Positions 29,819 to 38,334 of a stretch of 43,108 nucleotides of DNA are shown here, one piece after another. The notes beneath the pieces are model-generated. The model was not told the DNA's origin and did not search any database. It saw only the letters and a program-made list of their open reading frames with translations. A program made the position numbers and the translations under genes. The stretch covers positions 1-43,108 of the forward strand of contig JAFMDM010000001.1 in NCBI GenBank assembly GCA_017857195.1. Direction: 5' to 3'. Position 1 is the first letter of the stretch; the number at the start of each line of letters is the position of its first letter. The DNA is from Methanobacteriota archaeon (lineage in GTDB: Archaea > Thermoproteota > Thermoprotei_A > Sulfolobales > Sulfolobaceae).

Positions 29819-30862
29819 TCAACTTTTAAATAGTTTTGCCAAAATTGGTTTGATCGATAGAGGAACTACTGTTGAAGCGACCAGCGCAGCTATATCCAAC
29901 CATAACTGTAGTGTTGAAGATGAGACCAAAGTGGAATATAATCCATATAAGGCCAACGCTCCCGCCCCCAGAAAAACGACGGATGGGACTATTCTCCTTA
30001 TAAGAAAAATGGAAGTGAGAAAGGTTATGGTTAGGGTGAAGTAGAGTAATGTCACCGAGGGGGCAATTGTCAGCTGATAGTAAGTTGAGGGGAAGGGCAA
30101 TCCGATTAAAACGGTTACCACGAAGAGCAATAGAACAAGCCTGAACCAACGACTTGACTTGAGACCCTCCTTAAATAGACCCTTAAGGGAGACGAACTCC
30201 GCTATTACTAGGGCCAGGGCAGAAAGGGAACCAAGTGGAGTGAAGTAGGAGGGAGGCAAAAAAAGGGAGCCGGAGACCATTAATCCAGAGGCCACCAGGA
30301 AGGAGTAAAGAGCGTAGCTGGGTTTGGCAGGTCTGGAGAAAGGTATCAACGTTATGCAGACTATCAACAGGGCCGATGAAAGGGGTGCGGAGAAGTTAAG
30401 CGGAGAGAAATTGGTAACTGGATGAAATCTCCATCCCAAAGGAAGCGACAGAAGGATCTGACCTATTCCAAGAACCAGGAGGGAATGGTAATCATAGTCT
30501 GTCAGAATCAGAACTAAGACCATGGCTGCCAATCCTAACGTGGCCAGGTAGAAGTAAGATCCTTCTAAGTTAAGTAGCCAGTAGGTTATGTAATCTAAAG
30601 TGTAGGAAAGGTATAGAAAGTAGCTACCTATCCAGCTCGCCAATTGAACTTTACCCGCAAGAGGAGATACTTTCCTCACATAGCCATATAGTCCTTCAGA
30701 AGTCCACTGGGTCTTCAAAAGAAGGAAAACTGAAACGGCGATCAGAGAAGTCAAAGCTATCGCTTCCGCCGTGGTCAGCAGACCCTGGTGTAGAGATGCC
30801 ATACCCATGGGAGCCACGCTGGACAAGGCGAAGCCTAAGGTGAGAAGCTGCTTCCTACTCAC
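29819..30862 (-). CDS. Polytopic membrane protein, degenerate APC-permease-like
   Basis: LSSVAPMG (TM1-like) and SEGLYGYVRK (GG.Y.Y-like), about 11 TM segments. Shorter than a normal APC permease. Confidence 0.65.
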   Translation of the reverse strand: MSRKQLLTLGFALSSVAPMGMASLHQGLLTTAEAIALTSLIAVSVFLLLKTQWTSEGLYGYVRKVSPLAGKVQLASWIGSYFLYLSYTLDYITYWLLNLEGSYFYLATLGLAAMVLVLILTDYDYHSLLVLGIGQILLSLPLGWRFHPVTNFSPLNFSAPLSSALLIVCITLIPFSRPAKPSYALYSFLVASGLMVSGSLFLPPSYFTPLGSLSALALVIAEFVSLKGLFKEGLKSSRWFRLVLLLFVVTVLIGLPFPSTYYQLTIAPSVTLLYFTLTITFLTSIFLIRRIVPSVVFLGAGALALYGLYSTLVSSSTLQLWLDIAALVASTVVPLSIKPILAKLFKS

Positions 30863-31094
30863 GGGGAGGCTTGACCTCCTAAAGGAAATAAGAGTTAATT
30901 AAAATTCTTGATAGACCCTAAAGGATGGGACCCATTGGAATAAAAAGATAAGATGATACTTTCATTGCATTATTTTCTTCTAAATCGGTAACTTCTAGCA
31001 ATGGTAGATCCTTCAGCGTCAAATTTAAAGGACCTGCACATGAAAGGACAATGTCGGCAAATATTTATAAAGACAAATAGTGAGGAGAATTCTA

Positions 31095-31499
31095 ATGGAT
31101 AGGGAAAAAGTAATCAGAATAATAATTGGGCTACTGTCATTCGCTTGGGCTACTTATCACGTCTTCGTGGGGTATAACTCTGCGACCTTTGCGGCAAGCG
31201 TCACGGGCAAGGCATCCTTCGTTTTCGCCGAGTACTCTGAGTACTTTGGTTTCGCTGCAGCCCTCTACATATTCGCTGGGTACGAGATAATAAACGGAAC
31301 GAGAAGACTGATACCTCTAATTTACCTTCTATATGTGGTTAACCTTCTTTTAGCTGCGATAGCCTATGGTGTGAGAGGACCCCTGCTAGGACAGCCTCTG
31401 CCATTCAACCTAATAGTTGCGCCAGCTCTGGTGCTGGACATGTCCCTTGTGGCACTGACAGCTTTGCTCTGGATGAGGTCATATGTCGGCGTCAGATAG
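31095..31499 (+). CDS. Small 4-TM hypothetical membrane protein
   Basis: TTTATAAA at 31064-31071 precedes ATG 31095; hydrophobic segments throughout. Confidence 0.75.
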   Translation: MDREKVIRIIIGLLSFAWATYHVFVGYNSATFAASVTGKASFVFAEYSEYFGFAAALYIFAGYEIINGTRRLIPLIYLLYVVNLLLAAIAYGVRGPLLGQPLPFNLIVAPALVLDMSLVALTALLWMRSYVGVR

Positions 31500-32220
31500 G
31501 ATACCCATTGGAAACAGAGGACTTATTACGACAATGCTTTCTTCTCCCCATTTGACCCTATCCACAACGGCCCACTTTTCAGTTCTGGGGTCCAGCTCAT
31601 CGCTAGCAATTATGTACCCTAGAGATGATCCCTCCAATCTGAGACCGAGCGAGGACCTTTTCGTCTATCAGCTCCTAGGTCCCTCAATAGATGGAAACGG
31701 TATAACCTACAGTTTGAAGGAGAACAAGAAGGGTGGCCACAGGTACGACATCGCTTTCTCCCTTTCTCAAAGGTATCTTACAGTAATTGTCTCCTGGACC
31801 CAGGCATCTGGGTTACTGAAATCTCCCCATGTGGAGCCAGGACATTTATTACAACATATAGTCTCAGGTATATCTTTGATAGGACAGGAGTTTCCGACGG
31901 ACCAGACGAAGTCCGTTCCCTCCTATCTAAAGGTGGAGGAATGGGAGATCGATGCGTCCAAAGTATTGGAAAGGCTGAGAGAGCTAGTAAACTCAAGGGC
32001 CACCGCTGCCCTGAAAATAAAAAACAAGGATGTTAAGGTACGACTTCTATTGTCAGACGGGGAGGTAACGAGGTCTGAGATGGAAGCTGGAAGTGAGATA
32101 GTTAAGGGCAATGAAGTATTGGCCAAACTTCTATACCTTAACGGACAGCTTAAGATCTCAGTTGTGTGGGTTGATAGACAAGGCCTCAGAGAAGCCCTGG
32201 AGAGTACGTTGTCAGACTGA
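31483..32220 (+). CDS. Hypothetical protein; possible STK_08120/DUF3211 (START-like) N-domain plus PATAN/DUF4388-like C-domain
   Basis: TTMLSSPHLTL resembles recalled ILSDP.F.L of DUF3211. RLLLSDGEVTRSE...KGNEVLAKLL resembles the G...a......G.eAl..ll pattern. By eye only. Confidence 0.55.
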   Translation: MSASDRIPIGNRGLITTMLSSPHLTLSTTAHFSVLGSSSSLAIMYPRDDPSNLRPSEDLFVYQLLGPSIDGNGITYSLKENKKGGHRYDIAFSLSQRYLTVIVSWTQASGLLKSPHVEPGHLLQHIVSGISLIGQEFPTDQTKSVPSYLKVEEWEIDASKVLERLRELVNSRATAALKIKNKDVKVRLLLSDGEVTRSEMEAGSEIVKGNEVLAKLLYLNGQLKISVVWVDRQGLREALESTLSD

Positions 32221-32227
32221 ACTTTTG

Positions 32228-34213
32228 ATGAAGTCCCTATCTAATATATCAGGAAAGGAATTCGTGAGAATTCCCAAGTTCCTCTCCTTAGGAAGAGTTG
32301 ACATCAAGGGTCTGGATCATTGGTTAGAGTGGCGAGAGGGGAAGCTGAGAATATTGACAAATGCGTTGAGACAGCCTGAACTATATCTATGGCCCAACGA
32401 ATCTCCTAAAGGGGATTGGCTGTTTCAGAGGGGGGAAAAGCTGATTCTCATCTCTGAGGGTAAGGAAAGTGTAGTGGATGAGGAAAATGACACTAAATTC
32501 GTAAGAGTGGGAGAGGAGATTGAAAAAATAAGGCTACTGGATAGACCTGAGTTCAAAGGGGAAAGGTTTGATGGCCTAATGGAAAATGGAAAGGTAACGG
32601 TCTTGACGGGGAAGAAGGTGGTTGCGTTCTCAGAGGGAAGAACCTGGGAAACCGATGGAGGAAAGGTCACCATAAGAGGAGACTACGTTTCCGTAACCAG
32701 AGAAGGATACACTGAGGTCTGGAGAGGGGGACAGGTCTTCAATCTCGATGGTGAAGGTTATGTTTTGGGAAGGAATGAGAAGGGTTTAGTCTTCAGGGAA
32801 ATTGAAGGTATCATAAGGGAAGAGGGAGGAAGGGTTTTGGGTGTCTGTACAGGTGAGACCTTCCTCTTAGGAGAAGGGGAGAGAACGTTAATATGGTGCG
32901 ACGGTTCGGTGAGGCTTCCCCTAAAGGGGGGATGGAGGGAATTGGGAAGATCCCCTATGCCCCTTTCATGCAGTTGTGGAAATAATTACGCGATCCTGGC
33001 AGGGGAGGAGACAACTGTGATTGATCTGTTCGAATTGCACTCCTTGGTGAGATTGAAACAGATCCACAGATCCGCTGTCGATGACAGAAGGGCGTTCGTG
33101 ACCACCAAGAACGGAGAGGTTGCCATACTGGATTTGGTGGAGGGTGAAGATGAACCGATCAAGATACTGTCACAAATGGGTGAGGGAAGGGGAGCTAAAG
33201 TTAGAGTAAGAGGAGGAATGGGTCAGGTGGAGATAAGAGGGGACCTATTGGAAATTGGAAGAGAGGAGGGACGAGATATCATTCTAGAGGTAGAACCGTT
33301 GTGGCTGGAGGGCGGAAAGGGAGAGGTGGTGGTTTCTAATCCCTTTTGGTCTTTCGGGGAGGAGATATGGTTGGATGGGGCCTCTCCTAAGCTTGAAATA
33401 GGTGACCTTAGGTTACTGGTGGCTAAAGAAGGGAAATGTGTGGAAGGGGAAGGAAATGCATTAATTGAGGGAAAGGTAACGTACTCAATACCAGGAGGAA
33501 AGGGATGTACCTTGGTAATAGACGGGGATGGGGGAAGGAAAGAGATTACGCTGAAGGGTGAGGGGGAAACATTATTTGCCTTAGTGGGGAGGAAGTTCGA
33601 CCTGAAACAATCGGACATAAGATTTACGCTGTTAAGGATGGGAAAAGTAATAATGAGGGAGGTCAGGCTTCTCACTCCCGTCATTGTGGACAGACCTAAG
33701 GTCCCGTCCGTGAGGACAAAGAGCAGAAAGGGAAATATGGAGGAGGAGAGGGAGGTGTGGTCTGACGGAAGATTTGTCTGGACAAAGGTGACGAGAGTGC
33801 CCGTCGACTACATAGGCGTGTTTTTTGGCAAGGTGGGGGAGTACTCTGAACTAATTGGTGCAGAGATCACAGAGGGCCCTCAACTAGTAGAGAAGGATGG
33901 AAGGGAATATTTGATTGTTGGATTGAGGGATCCGGTGAAGGGGATAAAACTGGAATCCACCGGCACATCTCTAATTGTGCATGTGGACTCGGAGAAACCA
34001 GTGGAGGTGGTTCACGGTCTAAATTCCGCCAGAGGGTGGAAGAAACTTGAGGTGCCAATGGATCCGATTTTTCCATGGGTAAAGGTTAGGGCCTTCGATC
34101 AGGGTTTAATATGGGAGAGGACAATTAAATTGCCCAACGAATTGACACTCCTAACAGCAGTTAGGGCTGGGAGAGCTCTAGCTAGAGAGCTTGAAAGTTA
34201 CGGTCTCCTCTGA
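32228..34213 (+). CDS. upsX: UpsX-like protein of the UV-inducible pilus operon
   Basis: About 660-aa soluble beta-rich protein immediately upstream of the pilus ATPase; the assignment is mainly positional. ATG 32228 chosen to avoid a 110-bp overlap. Confidence 0.7.
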   Translation: MKSLSNISGKEFVRIPKFLSLGRVDIKGLDHWLEWREGKLRILTNALRQPELYLWPNESPKGDWLFQRGEKLILISEGKESVVDEENDTKFVRVGEEIEKIRLLDRPEFKGERFDGLMENGKVTVLTGKKVVAFSEGRTWETDGGKVTIRGDYVSVTREGYTEVWRGGQVFNLDGEGYVLGRNEKGLVFREIEGIIREEGGRVLGVCTGETFLLGEGERTLIWCDGSVRLPLKGGWRELGRSPMPLSCSCGNNYAILAGEETTVIDLFELHSLVRLKQIHRSAVDDRRAFVTTKNGEVAILDLVEGEDEPIKILSQMGEGRGAKVRVRGGMGQVEIRGDLLEIGREEGRDIILEVEPLWLEGGKGEVVVSNPFWSFGEEIWLDGASPKLEIGDLRLLVAKEGKCVEGEGNALIEGKVTYSIPGGKGCTLVIDGDGGRKEITLKGEGETLFALVGRKFDLKQSDIRFTLLRMGKVIMREVRLLTPVIVDRPKVPSVRTKSRKGNMEEEREVWSDGRFVWTKVTRVPVDYIGVFFGKVGEYSELIGAEITEGPQLVEKDGREYLIVGLRDPVKGIKLESTGTSLIVHVDSEKPVEVVHGLNSARGWKKLEVPMDPIFPWVKVRAFDQGLIWERTIKLPNELTLLTAVRAGRALARELESYGLL

Positions 34214-34237
34214 GATATTTTTGTCGCAGAAATTTAC

Positions 34238-35623
34238 GTGCAGCCAAAGGTATTGGAAGAGTATCAGGTGGCCGGCGCCACCGTGAAAATAATTGAGGAT
34301 GAGGAAGGTGGAGTATATCAAGTGGAGGAACCTTCCCTCACCCAAGAGGAACTTAAGATAGAAGAGGAGTCAATGGAGGAGGTATATAGGTCTGACGTAA
34401 ATGATGTGGAGGAAGCACTGCTTAGGGCTGTGGTGAAAAGATCCAAGGATCCCAAATCCGTGGAGAAGATAGTATATGACCTAAGGAGCAAGACCTTCTA
34501 CGGTAAAATAACCGTTCCCATGCTTGATCCTGACATAGAGGAAGTGGAGTGTGCCGGACCTGGAAGGCCTGTGACTGTAATACATAGGAGACATTGGAGA
34601 CTGGGCAGATTGAGAACCAATATAATTTTTTCTGAAGATATGGAAATATTACGTTTAATCCAGAGGGCAGCTGCCAGGGTCGACAGGAGCGTGTCGTTGG
34701 CAAGACCTTACGTTGAAATTTCACTTCCCGAGGGGCATAGGCTAAGCGCCACCATATCCTCAGAGATTTCAATTCCTGGTACAACATTCGACGTGAGAAA
34801 GTTTCCGCAGGAACCCATGACAATAGGAAGGCTGGTAAAGGAGGGTACAGTCACTCCCCTCCAAGTAGCCTACCTGTGGTATCTCATGGAGTTCAAACCA
34901 TTTATGATAATCCTGGGATCAACGGGGAGCGGAAAGACCACCCTATTGAACGGACTTCTTAATCTTCTGGACAGCAGGCTCAAGATAGTTACCATAGAGG
35001 AGACACCAGAGGTCAACCTTTCCACTGATAACTGGGTCAGACTCATTTCAAGAGACAGCAGTGACCAATATAGGGTTACCCTAGCTGAGCTGGCCAGATT
35101 GGCCCTACGGTATAGGCCAGATTTCCTGGTAATAGGGGAGGTAAGAGGAAGGGAAATAGAGGCACTCGTTCACGCCTCAGCCTCTGGACATGGGTCACTG
35201 ACCACATTTCACGGTGCTAGACCCGCCGATGCGGTAACTAGAATCTTGGATCTTCTGCCCAAGGAAGTGGCCACCATATTCCTGCAGAATGTGTGGGTCA
35301 TGCCAGTAATGACCAATAATAACGGAAGGAGACTATCTAAAATCTATGAGGCGACAAGATTCAATGGAAAAGTGAAGTTCCTTGAGGTCATGGATGAGTC
35401 AGTAACCGATGTTTCCACCTTAACCAATGTTTCCCCTAGACTCAAATGGATAACCAAAAACATGAATTTGACCGTGGCCCAGGTGGAGGACGAAATCTCC
35501 TTTAGGGAGGAGATCATATCGTCAATGGTTCAACGAAATCTAATGGATCAAACTTCGGTTTCACGTTATTTGAGGCAGGAAATGGGGAGAAGGAATGAGG
35601 TTAAGGTCCTCCGAACTGCTTGA
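34238..35623 (+). CDS. upsE: Type IV pilus assembly ATPase (VirB11-like)
   Basis: GSTGSGKTT, TIEETPE, LRYRPD...GEVRG.E and GHGSLTTFHG. Confidence 0.88.
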   Translation: MQPKVLEEYQVAGATVKIIEDEEGGVYQVEEPSLTQEELKIEEESMEEVYRSDVNDVEEALLRAVVKRSKDPKSVEKIVYDLRSKTFYGKITVPMLDPDIEEVECAGPGRPVTVIHRRHWRLGRLRTNIIFSEDMEILRLIQRAAARVDRSVSLARPYVEISLPEGHRLSATISSEISIPGTTFDVRKFPQEPMTIGRLVKEGTVTPLQVAYLWYLMEFKPFMIILGSTGSGKTTLLNGLLNLLDSRLKIVTIEETPEVNLSTDNWVRLISRDSSDQYRVTLAELARLALRYRPDFLVIGEVRGREIEALVHASASGHGSLTTFHGARPADAVTRILDLLPKEVATIFLQNVWVMPVMTNNNGRRLSKIYEATRFNGKVKFLEVMDESVTDVSTLTNVSPRLKWITKNMNLTVAQVEDEISFREEIISSMVQRNLMDQTSVSRYLRQEMGRRNEVKVLRTA

Positions 35624-37058
35624 ATCAAAGGTAAAATGGTACGCAGAACTCCTGGGGGAAGATCTAGGGAAATTGAGGAGATTGGAGGGCAGAATTCTTC
35701 TGTTCATTCCTGTGGTTGTCACGCTTTCCGTTATTCTTTCAATTTTCTCTAAACTTTTTCTATCTCTTCTTTTCCTTTCTGTTTTTCTATATTTCTACAT
35801 CCCAATTGAGCTTTGGGCTAGGTCATCGGAGTTAAGTAGCCGTCTCACCATTCAGATTCCATTTTTCACCATATTGGCATATATGAACTCCAGAATTGGT
35901 AAAGGGATACTTAGGTCACTCAAGGAAACCAGGGAGTTCAGAGGACTAAGGGAATTGACCAGGGAATACGATCTGACATTAAGGTACTCTAAGGTCATGC
36001 GAACTGGGACGTTTGAAGCCCTTACTAGAAGGGAGCAAATTCACGGTAGGGATTCACTGGGCAGGCTGCTCTCCAGGTATTTATCATCTCTTAGAAGGGG
36101 CGACGAGAGCGAGGTTTTGGGAAAGATCATGGAGGAGTCGTTAAATGGTATGCGAGAGTCGTTCCAGCAGTACGCCGAAAGGGCTGGTGACCTAGTGGAG
36201 ATAAGTTTCACTCTACTTCTTCTTCTCCCAGCCATGCTAATAGCGTTCTCCTTACTTTCAGGACCTAACTCCATCATGCCTTACCTTCCGCTTCTCTCTC
36301 TTCCCGTTCTCATTTTAATAGCGGAGAGTACACAGCCTAAGGTAATTGAAAGTAAGATGGGGTGGAGGAACCTTTCCCCATTGGGGTCTCTTCTCATACT
36401 GTTCTTACCATTACCGCTATTCCTAAGAGTTTACATGGTGGTGGTAGCTGCATGTGTTCTCTCAATACCGAGGTATCAAAACTATACTCGCTCTCTCAGA
36501 CTTAACGAATTGGTTCCAGATTTATTGAAAGAGGTGGGCGAGCTTCAGAGAGTGGGATACGGACTCAGGTATGCCATATCGAGGCTCTCACCTGAAATGA
36601 CCAAGAACCTAAATCAAGTCATGCCAAACTTTAAGGTGAAAAGTAAGTTGGGGGAGGTCCCCGTGGCAGAAACCAGCTCGGTGTCATTCAATTTCACTTG
36701 GAACCTCCTCAGAGTACTTGATATGAATGGGGATAGGGAGAACGAATGGATAAGTGAGCTTTACGATGTAGCATCTTCCATAAACTTAGCCCTAAGAAGA
36801 CTGAGCTCACAGCTACGAACCTTCGAGTTTCTCTGTTTCTTATCTCCAATTCTACTCGGGTTCACGTTGGGTGTAATGAGTAGAATTGGAGACATTGAGA
36901 ACATTAAGGCAACTACTATAATATATACGAGTGCGTTGTCCCTGGTTTTCTCAAAGTTCTCAAAGTTCACCATGATCCATATACCTTTACTGTTATCGTC
37001 ATCAACGATGGCGCTAATAGTAGCTCAATACTTTCTCCCCGCCCTGGCCCATCTTTAA
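35595..37058 (+). CDS. upsF: Type IV pilus membrane platform protein (TadC/FlaJ-like)
   Basis: Two cytoplasmic domains separated by TM clusters; overlaps upsE. Confidence 0.82.
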   Translation: MRLRSSELLESKVKWYAELLGEDLGKLRRLEGRILLFIPVVVTLSVILSIFSKLFLSLLFLSVFLYFYIPIELWARSSELSSRLTIQIPFFTILAYMNSRIGKGILRSLKETREFRGLRELTREYDLTLRYSKVMRTGTFEALTRREQIHGRDSLGRLLSRYLSSLRRGDESEVLGKIMEESLNGMRESFQQYAERAGDLVEISFTLLLLLPAMLIAFSLLSGPNSIMPYLPLLSLPVLILIAESTQPKVIESKMGWRNLSPLGSLLILFLPLPLFLRVYMVVVAACVLSIPRYQNYTRSLRLNELVPDLLKEVGELQRVGYGLRYAISRLSPEMTKNLNQVMPNFKVKSKLGEVPVAETSSVSFNFTWNLLRVLDMNGDRENEWISELYDVASSINLALRRLSSQLRTFEFLCFLSPILLGFTLGVMSRIGDIENIKATTIIYTSALSLVFSKFSKFTMIHIPLLLSSSTMALIVAQYFLPALAHL

Positions 37059-37073
37059 GACTACCAATAACGC

Positions 37074-37499
37074 GTGAAGCGAAAAGGTATATCATCAATA
37101 ATGGGAACTGTCCTGGTGCTGGCTGTGACGCTGGCGCTGGGCGGGTTATTGTATTCATACTCTCAGGGTATTTTTGGTAGCCTAACCCAACAACCTGAAC
37201 TTCAGGTTGAGGGACAGCTGTTGGTTAATCCTGGTGGAGAATCCACACTGCAACTATCAATTCAGAACTATGGTAACGTTGAGATTAACGTGACTCACTT
37301 TCAATTAATCTCATCCAACGGGGCGAACATATATCAAAACTCATCTAATGTGCCACTGGAACCTGGACAAACCATCCAGTTGGTGCAGGTGGGACTTTCA
37401 CACGTGATCGCTGGGGAATACTATACTGTAGTTGTCGGGGGAGTCACAGCGGGGGGGAAGAGCTATCAAACAACACTATCGATCCTGGCCCAAAGCTAA
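37074..37499 (+). CDS. upsA: Type IV pilin with class III signal peptide
   Basis: MKRKG|ISSIMGTVLVLAVTLALGGLLYSYSQG and IQNYGNV. Confidence 0.88.
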   Translation: MKRKGISSIMGTVLVLAVTLALGGLLYSYSQGIFGSLTQQPELQVEGQLLVNPGGESTLQLSIQNYGNVEINVTHFQLISSNGANIYQNSSNVPLEPGQTIQLVQVGLSHVIAGEYYTVVVGGVTAGGKSYQTTLSILAQS

Positions 37500-37875
37500 A
37501 GGAATTTCGGCAATAATATCATCCATCATGGTCACCGCAGTGGTCCTGTCATTGGCTACGCCGCTAATGGCCACGTTCTGGACCAGGAAGACAGTCTCCA
37601 CTTCCATCCTAGAACAGAACGTAATGGAATATGAGAAAGAGCTAAATACAAACATAGATATTATAGTTCTTGCCAACTATACAAATTATTACTATATATA
37701 TAATTATGGCTCTACTCCAGCCAACATAACGCTGATTTACATTGATGGAAACCTCTTTAAGGGTGTCTGGACGGTTTGGCCGAATCAGGTAGTGCGACTA
37801 AGTCAATTTGTGGGTAAAATAAGTACGTCTGGAGGCGTGGAAATTGAGGTGAATGGGATAATGATCTATGAATAG
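37432..37875 (+). CDS. upsB: Type IV pilin with class III signal peptide (start uncertain)
   Basis: KAKG|ISAIISSIMVTAVVLSLATPL and YIYNYGSTPANI. The only standard start upstream of the cleavage site is TTG 37432. Confidence 0.8.
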   Translation: MSGESQRGGRAIKQHYRSWPKAKGISAIISSIMVTAVVLSLATPLMATFWTRKTVSTSILEQNVMEYEKELNTNIDIIVLANYTNYYYIYNYGSTPANITLIYIDGNLFKGVWTVWPNQVVRLSQFVGKISTSGGVEIEVNGIMIYE

Positions 37876-37886
37876 ATGAACTATCC

Positions 37887-38010
37887 CATGGTATGGACTA
37901 GACTACAAACCATATGGTTAGGGCGTTCTCCTTGAGGTGGCATTATTTATCCTTTGTAAATCATTCTCGCTCAGTAGAGGAAAATTTCGTAACTTAGTAT
38001 GCACACTATG
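37887..38010 (-). mobile_element. Degenerate 124-bp MITE-like element (inverted copy of 42008-42133)
   Basis: Aligns end to end with the reverse complement of 42008-42133 (GGCGTTCTCCTT at 37922-37933, ATTCTCG, GAAAATTT, ACACTATG end). Flanks AACTATCC / AGCTATAC match 6/8. Confidence 0.7.
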
Positions 38011-38334
38011 AGCTATACAGCTCTATTGGCAGAGCGTCCGCCTTACTTGACGATTTTCTGCCTCTTCAGAAAAACCTCATTTCGCCTGTAGCAGACTTTC
38101 CATGGAATTGTTATTTCATGGCTCGAAAGTAGGAGAAGTTACGAAATGTTCACTCTCCAATTAAACTATAATCCCCAGCTATACTTGGCTCTATCAGCGT
38201 CCAATTATTTTCTGACTTTGGGTAGAAGATTATTTCTGAAATGGGTATCCATCCTCACGGAGGGACGTTTTGCCCTCCTTACCCCTTAACTATAGAACCG
38301 CAAAGAATTTTACGTGTTCATACCCTGTTTAACC

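Noticed and set aside
29493-29829. Alternative 109-aa and 62-aa ORFs and the TGAAGTTGTGGAGGT tandem repeat
   Set aside because: Explained by the Thr/Ser codons of the 93-aa protein in another frame.
32111-32227. Longer upsX start at ATG 32111
   Set aside because: Would overlap the upstream gene by 110 bp; ATG 32228 follows its stop by 7 nt.
34238-37875. Archaellum, bindosome (bas) or adhesive (aap) pilus assignment
   Set aside because: No flaH/flaF/flaG. The order large soluble gene-ATPase-platform-two pilins and the pilin N-termini fit ups.
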